A DNA stretch of 64,000 nucleotides from an uncultured Candidatus Babeliaceae bacterium (GCA_963704655.1 OY969927.1:32001-96000); one strand, 5' to 3'. Counted from the first letter of the stretch, positions 52,321 to 63,335 are shown. Notes: generated by a model not told the origin, from the sequence alone. A program made the numbers and translations.

Positions 52321-52793
52321 GATCCTTTTCCTTCACAATTACATCCACACATTTGTTCGCATCCACACATTTGGGCAACCCAAAGAGTGAATGCTGTTAT
52401 TATACCACAAATAAAAATTCCCCATGCAATATCATAACCAACAATTTCTGTAGGCCAATTTGGTAAAACTGCGTAGTTTGTTAATTCGTAGGTGCCATAA
52501 ACAATAAGGCCGTAAATACCGCCTTTAACCAATGCGCATAGATATGAACCATGGGTGCGTGGCAGTACAAAAAGAATAATACCTTTAACGATAAGAGCCC
52601 AAACAGCTAATGCCGCAAGACATTTTACATCAAAGATCCCCATCCCGCCCATATGCGAAACTACTGCAAGTTTATCTTTATACATATCTTTCATAAGAAA
52701 GAATATCCATAAGCAGTCTAATGCGATATACGCAACTAATGAGATGACAAACAACTTGATTGTGTGCCAATTAAAACAGTGGAACATATACAC
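52311..52793 (-). CDS. DUF2177 family membrane protein
   Basis: LDCLWI, YGTYELTNYA..WP...DIAWG. Confidence 0.85.
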   Translation of the reverse strand: MYMFHCFNWHTIKLFVISLVAYIALDCLWIFFLMKDMYKDKLAVVSHMGGMGIFDVKCLAALAVWALIVKGIILFVLPRTHGSYLCALVKGGIYGLIVYGTYELTNYAVLPNWPTEIVGYDIAWGIFICGIITAFTLWVAQMCGCEQMCGCNCEGKGSCR

Positions 52794-52800
52794 TCCTTTT

Positions 52801-53151
52801 TTAAGTGTTGTGGGTTTTAAGATATTTCTCTAGTACTACTGCCTCATTATGTTTTTCATCATGGGCAGCATACATTAGTGTAACCGTTTCTTTGTGGGCA
52901 TATTCAAGAATTTGTTGAATATGGGCATCTTGTTTTTTTAATTCAGCTTTATATCGTTTTTCAAATTCTATCCATTTTTCTGGATCATGGTTAAACCATT
53001 TTCGTAATTCAGTTGATGGAGCAATCTCTTTAAGCCATAAATCTATATGTGCTTTTTCTTTGCTCATGCCGCGAGGCCAGAGTCTATCTACCAAAATTCT
53101 AAAGCCGTCATTTTTATCGTATGGTTCATAAATCCTTTTAATCGTAATCAT
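52801..53151 (-). CDS. DUF488/YeaO family protein
   Basis: [37 protein letters not shown]. Confidence 0.92.
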   Translation of the reverse strand: MITIKRIYEPYDKNDGFRILVDRLWPRGMSKEKAHIDLWLKEIAPSTELRKWFNHDPEKWIEFEKRYKAELKKQDAHIQQILEYAHKETVTLMYAAHDEKHNEAVVLEKYLKTHNT

Positions 53152-53789
53152 ACTTTTGAGGGTTTAAAAGGTGAAACAAATGGATTATCTTTTATAAAAA
53201 AACGCCACAAGTGATGCTGTGCTTTGTTTATTCCTATTCTGGGGCTCTGCAAAATGGTTTGTAAAGTATCTGGTCGTAAAATATTTTCTGTAACAAAAAG
53301 TTCTGTGGATGTTACGAGATTAAGATGGTTATATTTTTTGTTTATATCAAAGGCTTGGGTAAGTTTACCGGGCCCATTAGTAAGATTTTTAATTTCTTTG
53401 GGGCTTATTTGAAGTTTTCTGTTTTTTTTCATGATTTCGATACCTTTAAGTGGCTCTACTGCTCGAATTAAAACACCGCCGGCTGGATAATCTTTGCTTC
53501 GCGCAACTATGTTAAATCCATAATGTAACCCATGGCTCAAATACACATAGGCATGTCCTATGGGGCCAAACATGGCACTATTCCGTTCAGTTTTACCAAT
53601 AAAAGCATGACTTGCTGCATCATCAGACCGATAACTTTCTGTTTCTACAATCATACCAACAAGAAGATTATTGTTATGGTGCATAACTAAAAGTTTCCCT
53701 AAAAGTTCCTGGGCAACAAGAGTTGTTTCTTGGTTAAAGAAACTTTTTTTTAAACGGGCTTTTAATAATTTTTTTATGAGTAAATCCAT
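53148..53789 (-). CDS. AAG/MPG-type 3-methyladenine DNA glycosylase
   Basis: [36 protein letters not shown]. Confidence 0.93.
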   Translation of the reverse strand: MDLLIKKLLKARLKKSFFNQETTLVAQELLGKLLVMHHNNNLLVGMIVETESYRSDDAASHAFIGKTERNSAMFGPIGHAYVYLSHGLHYGFNIVARSKDYPAGGVLIRAVEPLKGIEIMKKNRKLQISPKEIKNLTNGPGKLTQAFDINKKYNHLNLVTSTELFVTENILRPDTLQTILQSPRIGINKAQHHLWRFFIKDNPFVSPFKPSKV

Positions 53790-53932
53790 AAGTGGAGCAT
53801 AGATAACTTTTTAAACTTCTACAATACTATTTTTTACCTACCCCCAAAGATGGTACAGTAATAACTAGGGACATTAAAAATTGTACGCCTTTGCGTATCA
53901 AAAAAGTGCTATGCACAAAAAAAGGGGGGGTT

Positions 53933-54867
53933 ATGAAAATATCAGTAAAGATATTTCTGTCAGTATTAATTGTATTGTTTAGTAGGTTGCATACTCGTGC
54001 GCTTAATGAGTTTCTTGCGCAGTATCAAAGGCCAATTACGGTATTAGAAATAACTGATCAGCAGGAGTTTTATACATTAGCCTTTGCACAGCGGCAACAA
54101 AAAGGTGTTTTTGTTTGCTTATCTATGGCAGACAAAGTTGATTCGATAAAAAAAGGGTTCAAGATTATAACAATGCCGTGTTAGTTCATCCTAAAGAATT
54201 TTCAACCTCATCACTTGTTGATTTGGCTTCATGTGAGCATTTTGATGTAACTTTGGTGCATGATTGGGCAATGTTACAAAAAAACCCTTACATAGTAAGT
54301 GCATTACTTGAATTAGGGGATTATTTAATTATCGATGTATCAAATACGTTTGTTGATAAATTTTTATCTGAGGATCAAAAAAGTTATATTATATGGAAAC
54401 AAGACTTGCCTTATGGTAAGCAAAGAGTTTGTTTAAAAAAACTAAAGACTTCTTTGGGCAAGGCCCGATGGGTTATGAGCGCATTGGCTCAATCACGTCA
54501 GCCGTCATATACTATTTTAAGTACCTTTACAGAAAAAAAATTGGTAAAAGGGGCTCACAAAAAAACTTCAGATTGGGTGCCCGGCATAAATTTAGTAACA
54601 GCTATTATGCTTAATGTTAAATTCCCAACTAACGAAATTTTGCGCGAAAATATTAAACAATTTATGGACATTGATCATAATGACCCGGTGATTGGTAATA
54701 TGATTGTTCAGGGTAAAAAAGTTAAATTGATAGATTTTGCCGATTCGCGCAGAAATGCCGACCAAGAAAAGTGCCTTAAGGCAGCATTAAAGCTTTTTAC
54801 CTGGATCCATAGACCAAAGAATCCTTATGCAGCTATTCAGAAATATTCTGAGTATGTAAATAACTAA
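53933..54867 (+). pseudogene. Frameshifted gene: signal peptide, degenerate methyltransferase-like part and kinase-like C-terminus
   Basis: ORFs 53933-54184 and 54142-54867 join by -1 shift at A7 (54148-54154); HND....N and LIDF motifs. Confidence 0.6.
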
Positions 54868-54869
54868 AC

Positions 54870-54908
54870 AAAAAAGCCCTACTTAACTTTACGCTAAGTA
54901 GGGCTTTT
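54870..54908. terminator. Bidirectional terminator
   Basis: AAAAGCCCTACTTA/TAAGTAGGGCTTTT. Confidence 0.85.
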
Positions 54909-54948
54909 AAATTTCTAAGCTAATGCGTTAGAAACTCAAATCACTAAA

Positions 54949-55386
54949 CTAGTAGCGATCTTTGTTTCCACGGAATCCGCCGGTAGAAGAACCTGAACGG
55001 AAACCAGTACCAGGGGTACGTTCGCGTGAAGCACCGAAGCCGCCTTGTGAGCCGCCGCCGTTGCTGCTTCTGTAACCGCCTTGTGAGCTGCCGCCGCTTC
55101 TAAAGCCGCCGCCTTGACCAGGTGTGCGAGGTTGTGGTGGACGTGCAGTGTTAACACGGATTCTTTGACCTTCAAGATCAGAGTTGTCAAGTGCATTAAT
55201 AGCTTGTTGAGCTTGCTCTTCGTCTTCCATTGTCAAGAATGCAAAACCACGTGGCTCTCCAGTAAACTTGTCGGTCATGATTTTAACTGACGAGACTGCG
55301 CCAAATGCTTCGAAAAGCTTACGTAACGCGTCTTCAGTAACTGTGCGGGAGAGGTTCCCAACGTAAATATTCATAAAAAAACTCAC
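54949..55386 (-). CDS. RRM RNA-binding protein with Gly-rich tail
   Basis: RNP2 IYVGNL, RNP1 RGFAFLTM; likely start MNIYVG. Confidence 0.93.
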   Translation of the reverse strand: MSFFMNIYVGNLSRTVTEDALRKLFEAFGAVSSVKIMTDKFTGEPRGFAFLTMEDEEQAQQAINALDNSDLEGQRIRVNTARPPQPRTPGQGGGFRSGGSSQGGYRSSNGGGSQGGFGASRERTPGTGFRSGSSTGGFRGNKDRY

Positions 55387-55558
55387 TTAAAAAAAATAAA
55401 ACAATTAGACTTGAACAAATCTTGAAGATTTTTCAGAGCCTTTTCAAGCATAACACAATTTACGGTTTTTACAATATAGTGTAAACTTACCCAAGTGCTC
55501 ACTAATATTAATGTACCTTATAAAGGGTACAGGTAACTATATAACTCAAAGCGTATTT

Positions 55559-56734
55559 ATGAAACAATCATTCGTTCAATCATCTATTCTGTCTGTCGCA
55601 TTGGCTATATTTGCTATGCTTTTTGGCTCTGGTAACATTGTCTACCCGCTTGGTCTTGGCCGAGATATGGGCGATATGGCTCTCTACGCTATGATTGGCT
55701 TTTCTGTAACTGCCGTGCTTGTCCCTTTACTTGGTATTATTGTCATGACGCTTTACGATGGTAGTTATGAGTCCTTTTTTGCCACTATTGGCAAAGTTCC
55801 AGGGAAAATCGTTATTTTTTGCTGTATGCTCTTGGTTGGCCCATTTTGTATAATTCCTCGTTCAATTTCTTTAGCTCATGGTTCATTGAGCTGGATATTT
55901 CCGCAACTACAAATTTTTGCTTTTAGTTTGATCGCAACGATAATTCTTTATGCGCTTACAAGCCGTCAATCAGGACTTTTAAATATTTTGGGTAAGATTC
56001 TTGGGCCCTTAAAGCTCTTTTTATTAAGTGCTATTATTGTTAAAGGTTTTTTTGTCGCTGCAAATCCTGTCAATTGTGGTCTATCTGTAGGTTCAGTTCT
56101 TACTCATGGCGCATTTGTAGGGTATGGCACGTTAGATCTTATAGCAGCATTTTTCTTTACGAATATAATTCTTGTTGGGCTTAAACGAAAAACAGGTGAC
56201 CAACAGCTGAGCAATAAACAGGTTTTATCTATGACATTACAAGGCGGTTTACTTGGAAGCTTGCTTTTAGGCGCCGTTTACGCTGGATTTGTTATAGTTT
56301 CTTCGTTTCAGTCAATGGTCTGCCAAGGTATTGATGAAAAGAAATTATTAAGCGAATTGGCGTTTCAGCTGCTTGGGCAAGCTGGTGGCGTTCTTGCTAG
56401 TGTTACTATTGCTGTAGCGTGTTTAACCACAGCTGTAGCCTTAACTACTGTTTTTGCAGATTATCTTTCAAAAGATTTTTTTAAAAAAACGATTTCATAT
56501 CATATCGCGCTATATATAACATTATTTATAACATTAATTTTTTCTAACTACGGTTTTGCAACTATTATGAAGTTCGCATTACCCGTTGTTAGTATTTTAT
56601 ATCCAGCATTGATTGCATTAGCTCTTGCAAATATTGCCCGTAAGCTTCTTGATATAAACTTTAGTAAAGTAGCTTTTTATGGTGTACTAGCATTAACACT
56701 TTTTATTAACTATATCCCCTTATTATTCAGGTAA
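55559..56734 (+). CDS. brnQ: Branched-chain amino acid transport system II carrier
   Basis: FAMLFGSGN, IPR, GYGTLD, ACLTTA, YP. Confidence 0.9.
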   Translation: MKQSFVQSSILSVALAIFAMLFGSGNIVYPLGLGRDMGDMALYAMIGFSVTAVLVPLLGIIVMTLYDGSYESFFATIGKVPGKIVIFCCMLLVGPFCIIPRSISLAHGSLSWIFPQLQIFAFSLIATIILYALTSRQSGLLNILGKILGPLKLFLLSAIIVKGFFVAANPVNCGLSVGSVLTHGAFVGYGTLDLIAAFFFTNIILVGLKRKTGDQQLSNKQVLSMTLQGGLLGSLLLGAVYAGFVIVSSFQSMVCQGIDEKKLLSELAFQLLGQAGGVLASVTIAVACLTTAVALTTVFADYLSKDFFKKTISYHIALYITLFITLIFSNYGFATIMKFALPVVSILYPALIALALANIARKLLDINFSKVAFYGVLALTLFINYIPLLFR

Positions 56735-56739
56735 TAAAT

Positions 56740-58017
56740 ATGCATTCTGAATTTCTTGTTCTTGAAAAATCACCGGCTTTGCAGGGCGTTTCAGATTTAG
56801 GTGGCGCAAAAAATGCCGTTTTAGTCATTATGGCCTCCCTCATTTTAACATCAGGAAAAAGCACTCTTCATAATGTACCCTTTTCTCATGACGTTTTTCA
56901 GATGATTTCACTGCTAGAGTCTCTTGGCGCCTATGTATATATCGATGGCGATACCCATACGCTTATTATCGATACGACAAATATTTCTAATTGTGCCGTA
57001 AGTGCCGATATCATGAAAAAGATGCGTGCGTCTATTTTGGTCATGGGGCCACTTTTGGCCCGTTTTGGCAAAGCGGCCATAGCACTTCCTGGTGGCTGTC
57101 TTATTGGTGATCGCCCTGTTGATATGCACTTAAATGCGTTTGCGCGCATGGGGGCAGAAATTTCTCTTGATGGCTCCTATTTGTACGCCCAGGCAAGCCA
57201 CTTGAAAGCGCAGAAATTTATCTTGGCCTATCCAAGCGTAGGCGCTACTGAAAATATTATGATGGCTGCGACCCTTACGCATGGTAAAACCACCATTGTT
57301 AATGCGGCATTAGAGCCTGAAGTTTTTGATTTGGTTGCCATTTTAAAGCAGATGGGTGCTCAGGTAAACCTATTGCCTGCTGGAATTATTGAAGTTATTG
57401 GGGTGCAAGAACTTAAACCTGTAATTCATACTATTATTATGGACCGTCTAGAGGCTGGTACGCTTTTACTTGCAGCAGCAGTTACCGGGGGTGAAATTAC
57501 TTTGCCTCAAGGTCCGGGCCATTCACTAGAAGTCTTTTTAGAAAAACTTTGCGAAATGGGCCATTCTGTTGATATTGGCATCGATGGTGTTGGTATCTAT
57601 CTTAAAGCGACAAAAACGCCACGAGCAGTATCATTTAAGACTATGCCTTACCCAGGCTTTCCAACCGATTTGCAAGCGCCTATGATGGTTGCGCAATGCC
57701 TTGCTGATGGCACCAGTATTATTACTGAAACTGTTTTTGAAAATCGCATGTTGCATGTGCGTGAATTACAAAAAATGGGCGCGCATATTGAACTTGAGGG
57801 CATGGTTGCAAAAATCAAAGGCGTTGACACCCTTTACGGTGCGCAATTAATTGCGCCCGATATTCGTGCATCAGCTGCATTGGTTATTGCAGGGATCGCT
57901 GCACAGGGGACATCAACTATGTCCGGTATTCACCATCTCTTGCGCGGATATCAGGACCTTTGTGGAACATTACAAAAACTCGGCGCACGTATTACCGTAA
58001 AATCAGAAGTTATTTAA
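56740..58017 (+). CDS. murA: UDP-N-acetylglucosamine 1-carboxyvinyltransferase
   Basis: AKNA, MRAS, LPGGCLIGDRP, PGFPTDLQ, FENR. Confidence 0.97.
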   Translation: MHSEFLVLEKSPALQGVSDLGGAKNAVLVIMASLILTSGKSTLHNVPFSHDVFQMISLLESLGAYVYIDGDTHTLIIDTTNISNCAVSADIMKKMRASILVMGPLLARFGKAAIALPGGCLIGDRPVDMHLNAFARMGAEISLDGSYLYAQASHLKAQKFILAYPSVGATENIMMAATLTHGKTTIVNAALEPEVFDLVAILKQMGAQVNLLPAGIIEVIGVQELKPVIHTIIMDRLEAGTLLLAAAVTGGEITLPQGPGHSLEVFLEKLCEMGHSVDIGIDGVGIYLKATKTPRAVSFKTMPYPGFPTDLQAPMMVAQCLADGTSIITETVFENRMLHVRELQKMGAHIELEGMVAKIKGVDTLYGAQLIAPDIRASAALVIAGIAAQGTSTMSGIHHLLRGYQDLCGTLQKLGARITVKSEVI

Positions 58018-58020
58018 TTC

Positions 58021-58108
58021 CCGCTCACCCTGACACTTCGTCAAGCTCAGCGCTAAAGACAAGTTGCCTGCCCACCGAAGCTTTATGCGTAGGTCGGGTC
58101 GAAGGGTT
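58021..58108. repeat. Family-A repeat with nested A- and B-like elements in its loop
   Basis: CCGCTCACCCTGA-[insert]-GTCGAAGGGTT. Confidence 0.7.
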
Positions 58109-58127
58109 GGAGATATCAAAGATCTTC

Positions 58128-59399
58128 TTATTTAGGTGCCCGCTTTACCACCTGTAACGCTTTAACTGCAGCTTGAGTTGCTTGTGCTGCTGTTGGTCGT
58201 ATCGGTTGCGCGCTTGTGTTAACTATTTTGCCAGGCAGGTTAATGTTGGTCATTTGATTTAGCCGTGGTTTTATTTCTAATCCTAAAATATTCCTCATGA
58301 CAGGGTGTTTTTCTGTGGGGTTCAAGGTGCCATATTTTTTAAAATAGGGCTCATAAATTAATGGATATAAGGTATTGCCAAATTGTTTAAAGCTTTGGTT
58401 TGTTGGTAGGTTTTTTAAATAATTAATGCGATATAAACTTGAAGGATGGGTAAAATTGTGGGGCTCAAAAGGGTTTGTTATGTTAGCCAGTCCTTCAGTT
58501 CCTCTTAGATATTTACCAAAGTAGTTAGAGATACCTGGTCCAAAACCGTATGTTGCTGCAAAAAGATCAGCGCGATATTCTTTAAAATAGTTATAATTGA
58601 GGTTCTTTTCTGGGGTTAATTTAGGGGCAAACATTGCACAACGCTCTTGATCGTTATAATAATGGTGCCCCAGTTCATGGAGAATTACGCCTTTTATGCT
58701 ATCCTCATCATAATTTTTGAAAAGTGAGGTACTTAAAATGATTACTGGTTGTTCTAGCGACAATGATTTTAATTTTAAATTAAAGAAGCTTGCTTCATCA
58801 TCTTGAGTTATATAAATTTTTGGAGTAGTTAGATTATTTGCCTTACTAATTTTTTCGATAAAATTATTGAGGTTTTTGTAGTTTTTACCTATTTGTAGAC
58901 AAAAATCACTGCAACTTTTTAATAGTTTTCTTTCGGTTGTTACTTTTAGAAATAATCTTCGTTGATTGCTGAAAATATTAATTACTTTTTCTCTATCTGT
59001 ATTGTTTGTGAAAGGGTAATTTGAAAGAATTCCTCTGGCGCTAAATAGAAATTTTAAAATCTCCTCGCTAATTTTTTCATAATTTTGCTCTAACGTTACA
59101 TGATCAAGTTTATTCCCAAGCATTTGGGGAATTACAAAAAATCCTGAGGGGGTATTAAGAAGCTGTTGTAATTTGCTATCTTGGATAGCCATAATCTTTT
59201 CCTTAATTCTTAATACATCGTCTAAAAGTTTTTTTGAATTATAATATGGCTGCATTGATGCAAAAAAGCTATCTCCCTCATTGCGCATAAAAGTTTTAAA
59301 TTCATCTTTTATGGAACTTTCGGCGGCTTCTTGAGCGCTCAGTAAACAAACTGGTATTAAAAACAGAACATTTAGTCTTTTAAAATATAATAAAGTCAC
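58128..59399 (-). CDS. Secreted M48-like zinc metallopeptidase
   Basis: HELGH, EYRAD, THPS..RI; signal peptide. Confidence 0.8.
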   Translation of the reverse strand: MTLLYFKRLNVLFLIPVCLLSAQEAAESSIKDEFKTFMRNEGDSFFASMQPYYNSKKLLDDVLRIKEKIMAIQDSKLQQLLNTPSGFFVIPQMLGNKLDHVTLEQNYEKISEEILKFLFSARGILSNYPFTNNTDREKVINIFSNQRRLFLKVTTERKLLKSCSDFCLQIGKNYKNLNNFIEKISKANNLTTPKIYITQDDEASFFNLKLKSLSLEQPVIILSTSLFKNYDEDSIKGVILHELGHHYYNDQERCAMFAPKLTPEKNLNYNYFKEYRADLFAATYGFGPGISNYFGKYLRGTEGLANITNPFEPHNFTHPSSLYRINYLKNLPTNQSFKQFGNTLYPLIYEPYFKKYGTLNPTEKHPVMRNILGLEIKPRLNQMTNINLPGKIVNTSAQPIRPTAAQATQAAVKALQVVKRAPK

Positions 59400-59478
59400 T
59401 GTTTCCCCCTTTTAGCGCACTTTATTCTATTATAAAATAATTATGGGTTCGTTTACTAGATTTGATCGTTTTTTGAAG

Positions 59479-59940
59479 TTAACTACAAAGAATTTTAATT
59501 ATGTGCAAAATAGAGACAAGTGAATTAAAATGAGGTTTGGGTGCTTGAAGCTTTGGCCGTTCTTCAACTACCCATTTTACATAGCCTTCATCAAGAAGGT
59601 CATCGGTTTTAACATGACAAAGGTACAATGTATCTTCGGGTAATTCAAAGGTGCCCTTATGTGATATCGTAATTTTATCCTGCACGTTCAGCTCTGTAAT
59701 AATTCGATAATTCTCTTGTATTGGAGCATGTGAGGGTAATACTATCTGTGCGTGCCAGTTGTCATGGGTTTGATTTAAAAGATCTTCTAAGACCCCGCGT
59801 GTTTCTTCAATGTTGCTACTATGAATAATAATATTGACTCGTGGGCCTGTTGGCACTCGCGGTGCTGGCAAAATGCATAAAAGATTGTGCGTTATTAAGC
59901 TTATTACGATTGTTATAGATAGAAAAGCTGTGCGCTTCAT
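59479..59940 (-). CDS. Secreted protein with degenerate GT2-like motifs
   Basis: VNIII..N, LLNQTHDNW, YL...TDDLL. Confidence 0.55.
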   Translation of the reverse strand: MKRTAFLSITIVISLITHNLLCILPAPRVPTGPRVNIIIHSSNIEETRGVLEDLLNQTHDNWHAQIVLPSHAPIQENYRIITELNVQDKITISHKGTFELPEDTLYLCHVKTDDLLDEGYVKWVVEERPKLQAPKPHFNSLVSILHIIKILCS

Positions 59941-59946
59941 GCTTTC

Positions 59947-60762
59947 TCACTTATCTAGTAATGAGCTTGAAAGTTCAGTAAGCTCTTTAGTGACTTTTGC
60001 TTGCCGAAGTTTATTGTATTCAAGTTTCATTTCAGTAAGCAAGTTTTTTGCGTTACGTGTAGAATTGTCCATAGAAAGCGCGCGGGCACTGTTTTCCGCC
60101 CGTAGTGACTCAAGTAATAGCTGAAAAAGCTGATTTTTCAAAGTTAAATTACCAATATATTCTGCTATTTCTGTTACCGGCTGTTCTGTTTTAAAAGCTG
60201 GTTCTGCTGCCCCATTTTGATACACGTAGTTTAAGGACAAAACGGTTTTTTGCGGGCGCTGCAGAAAGATAGACGCATTATAGTTGCTCACAACTACAAT
60301 CGAGTCATACTCAGTTTTAAGTTTCATGAACAAATTAAATATAGTATCGGCTTTTTCAGATAGTGTTGTAAGCGAGTAGGTTAGTTTATCATTAAGAATA
60401 TCCATCTTTGCAGATGCGCAAAAGTCATAGGCATAGGGCCCCAAAGCAATGCAACTAAATTGCGCCGCGCGGTCTTTTTGCAGCTCTTTTATAAAATTAA
60501 AAAGCGTTATATTAAAACTTCCGCAAAACCCCTTTTGTGAGCCGATAATAAGATACACAGGTTTTTGTGCCGATCCAGATTTAAAGCCTAATCCCAACTC
60601 TTTGGTAAGGTTCTCTAGCTGCTGAGTATAAAGCTGTAAAGCTTTTTTCTTGCTCCCCACTCGTGAAAGGGTAGACATAGAAATAAGTTGCATAGCATGC
60701 GCTGTCTTGCGTATATTAGTAATAACTTTAATGCGTTCAGCAATAGTAATAAGTTGAGACAT
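59947..60762 (-). CDS. atpG: F0F1 ATP synthase gamma subunit
   Basis: KGFCGSFN, AENSARALSMDNSTRNA, YNKLRQAKVTKEL. Confidence 0.93.
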   Translation of the reverse strand: MSQLITIAERIKVITNIRKTAHAMQLISMSTLSRVGSKKKALQLYTQQLENLTKELGLGFKSGSAQKPVYLIIGSQKGFCGSFNITLFNFIKELQKDRAAQFSCIALGPYAYDFCASAKMDILNDKLTYSLTTLSEKADTIFNLFMKLKTEYDSIVVVSNYNASIFLQRPQKTVLSLNYVYQNGAAEPAFKTEQPVTEIAEYIGNLTLKNQLFQLLLESLRAENSARALSMDNSTRNAKNLLTEMKLEYNKLRQAKVTKELTELSSSLLDK

Positions 60763-60829
60763 TCGCTAACCTTTAGGTTAAGCAGGTTAAGAAACTAAGC
60801 TTTATTGAGTATACTAAAAAGTAGTTAAG

Positions 60830-61405
60830 ATGAATATATTTATTGATGCCTATAACCTTTTAAAACAACTTCATGCCGTTACGCAAGTAACTGCTGCCCA
60901 GAAGAATCTCTTTATGGATCAGCTCAAGCGCTTTGCCCGCAGCAAGGGGCACCATATCTATCTGGTGTATGATGGCGGTGAATCCTCGCGTCCAGAATCT
61001 GAACATTCAGGGCCGGTAACTATTATTCATTCTGGCTATAAACTGAGCGCTGACGATGTGATCAAACAAAAAATATCACATTATGCCCATGAGCATACTA
61101 TTTTAGTCTCAGATGACCGGCAGCTTTGCGACCATGTTGCCATGGCTGGTTACGCTGCGTTAGGGACAGCAAACTTTTATAAACTTATGAAATCTGATAT
61201 TCAAAAAGAACAGGCGGCTTTTATTAAACGGGGCGTTGCCCATAAAAATCCTGGATATGCCAGTACGCCTGAGCTTGACCAGCTGATGCAGCAAGCAGGC
61301 TCTGAAGGGTATTATAAAGATGAAGAAGCCCTTTCAGAATTTTCCCATCCACAACAGTTATCAAAAAAAGAAAAAAAATTAAAAAAGTTAGTAAAAAAAT
61401 TATGA
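60830..61405 (+). CDS. NYN/YacP-like RNase domain protein
   Basis: IDAYNL, VYDG, SADDVI, VSDDR. Confidence 0.85.
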   Translation: MNIFIDAYNLLKQLHAVTQVTAAQKNLFMDQLKRFARSKGHHIYLVYDGGESSRPESEHSGPVTIIHSGYKLSADDVIKQKISHYAHEHTILVSDDRQLCDHVAMAGYAALGTANFYKLMKSDIQKEQAAFIKRGVAHKNPGYASTPELDQLMQQAGSEGYYKDEEALSEFSHPQQLSKKEKKLKKLVKKL

Positions 61406-61827
61406 ATAAAACAATAACGTATAATCTTAATGATCTGCCAAAAATAGTAGCTGAGCTTAAAACGCTCATGGAAACGCATCGTATCTTTGCATTTACTGGT
61501 TCGCTTGGCGCCGGCAAGACCACCCTTATTCGCAGTTTGCTGCAAGCATGCGGCGTAACGGGCGTTATTTCAAGCCCTACATTCACCTATGTAAATATAT
61601 ATTCAAACAATGTAAATCAAAAATTTTACCATTTTGATCTGTATCGTATAGTGCATCCGCAAGAATTTATTGATGCCGGTTTTGATGAATATCTTAATGA
61701 CCCACAGGCTTATGTCTTTATCGAATGGCCAGAAATTATTAAGCCATTATTAAAAAATAATGTATGCTTTATTTTGCTAGAATATGTAGCAGAAGATCAA
61801 AGATCTATCACAATACAGCGTGTTTAA
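61402..61827 (+). CDS. tsaE: tRNA threonylcarbamoyladenosine biosynthesis ATPase
   Basis: GSLGAGKTT, SPTF, HFDLYR, IEW. Confidence 0.95.
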   Translation: MNKTITYNLNDLPKIVAELKTLMETHRIFAFTGSLGAGKTTLIRSLLQACGVTGVISSPTFTYVNIYSNNVNQKFYHFDLYRIVHPQEFIDAGFDEYLNDPQAYVFIEWPEIIKPLLKNNVCFILLEYVAEDQRSITIQRV

Positions 61828-61844
61828 ACGGAAGGATTTATCAT

Positions 61845-62585
61845 ATGAAAAAATGTTTTTTTATACTTGTATTACTTATAACTTTAGATATATGCGCAAT
61901 GGAGCCAAAATGTCGATTAGATAGATTGTCTTCTTTGCAGCAATTAGCTCCTGAAGTACAGGCTGCAGTAATTCGTGATGCTGTTGTTAAAGTAATGCCA
62001 GATTTTAATAAAAAATTTAGTCAATATTTTTGGGATGAAGCTGGGAAATTTTGGTTAACTTCAATAGAGCCTCTAATGCCTACTTTCGCGGCGGGTATTT
62101 TTTTGAATGGCGCTCTAAAGAATGCTTCGGGCCAAGCTATCAAATCGGATAAAGATGCGTCATTGTCGGATCAATTTAAAGCAGATAATATTGCTCAACT
62201 TAGCGTGAATCCTATCGAGCGTATAATTATTATTGGTGATACAAAAATACATCAATCAATTCAGAGTCATCGTTATTATAGCATGCAGTGCTTAAGAACC
62301 CTTCTTACATTGCAAAAACTGTACAATCGTGTGGATGAGGTAATGCAAAAATTGAAAGCTAATCCGAATGATCCTTACATTGGTAATCGTTACGTTGATG
62401 TTGATAATGCTGGTTATGGTGTTGTATGGACCGCTCAACAATTGTCAGACAAGAATGATCGTCAGCTTATTGATGATGCATTGGGATCATTAAATACGCG
62501 TATGGTCCAAAAGTTTACTTCAGACTTTAGGCCGATTTCTTACTCTAACTTGATGAGTAAGGATCTGACAGTCATAAATCAATAA
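61845..62585 (+). CDS. Secreted hypothetical protein
   Basis: MKK...CA-ME signal peptide after GAAGGA. Confidence 0.78.
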   Translation: MKKCFFILVLLITLDICAMEPKCRLDRLSSLQQLAPEVQAAVIRDAVVKVMPDFNKKFSQYFWDEAGKFWLTSIEPLMPTFAAGIFLNGALKNASGQAIKSDKDASLSDQFKADNIAQLSVNPIERIIIIGDTKIHQSIQSHRYYSMQCLRTLLTLQKLYNRVDEVMQKLKANPNDPYIGNRYVDVDNAGYGVVWTAQQLSDKNDRQLIDDALGSLNTRMVQKFTSDFRPISYSNLMSKDLTVINQ

Positions 62586-62692
62586 CAATAGCAGATAATT
62601 AACGGTGAAAAAAAAGTTTTTAGTTCTCTAGATAATCTCCCAGAGCCACTATTTTTATCGTTTAGCAATCTTTTAAAACAGAAGAATGTTTT

Positions 62693-63307
62693 GTGAAAAT
62701 GTTACTTTTTGATTTTGATGGCACGTTAGCAGACTCTCTATATGCACTTTTAGAGTGTGTTAATGATAATGCTGATTATTATGGCTATAAAAAAATTACT
62801 GCTGCCGAATCTTTGAGAAATAAAGATGCGCTTTCGATTATTAAAGAGCTTGGGATCTCTGTCTTTAAGCTCCCATTTGTAGTAAGCACCATTCGTAAGC
62901 AAATGAACACAAAAATTAGCGCCATCGAGCCATTTCCAGGTATCCCTGATGTTCTCAAGCAGCTGCATGAAAACGGTGTCGTTTTGGGAATAATAACCAG
63001 CAATTCGCAAGAAAATGTTAAGATCTTTCTACAAAACAATAATATAAACTTTTTTACCTATATAATTGGTCAAAACAGTATATTTGGTAAAGGCAGAGCA
63101 ATTAAAAAATTCTTGCATAATAATGGCATAAACCCAGCAGACGTTATATATATAGGCGATGAAGTGCGCGATATCCAGGCTGCAAAGCAAAATGGTATCA
63201 AATCAGCTGCCATTACGTGGGGATTTAATGATCTTGCAGCATTGCAAGCGCAAAAACCAGATTTTATTATTAATAAACCAGAAGATCTACGTGAATTACT
63301 TTCTTAA
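62693..63307 (+). CDS. HAD hydrolase (phosphoglycolate phosphatase-like)
   Basis: FDFDGTLAD, ITSN, YIGDEVRD, WGF. Confidence 0.92.
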   Translation: MKMLLFDFDGTLADSLYALLECVNDNADYYGYKKITAAESLRNKDALSIIKELGISVFKLPFVVSTIRKQMNTKISAIEPFPGIPDVLKQLHENGVVLGIITSNSQENVKIFLQNNNINFFTYIIGQNSIFGKGRAIKKFLHNNGINPADVIYIGDEVRDIQAAKQNGIKSAAITWGFNDLAALQAQKPDFIINKPEDLRELLS

Positions 63308-63335
63308 AAAATACTCTTTTTTTTCAAGAAACTTA

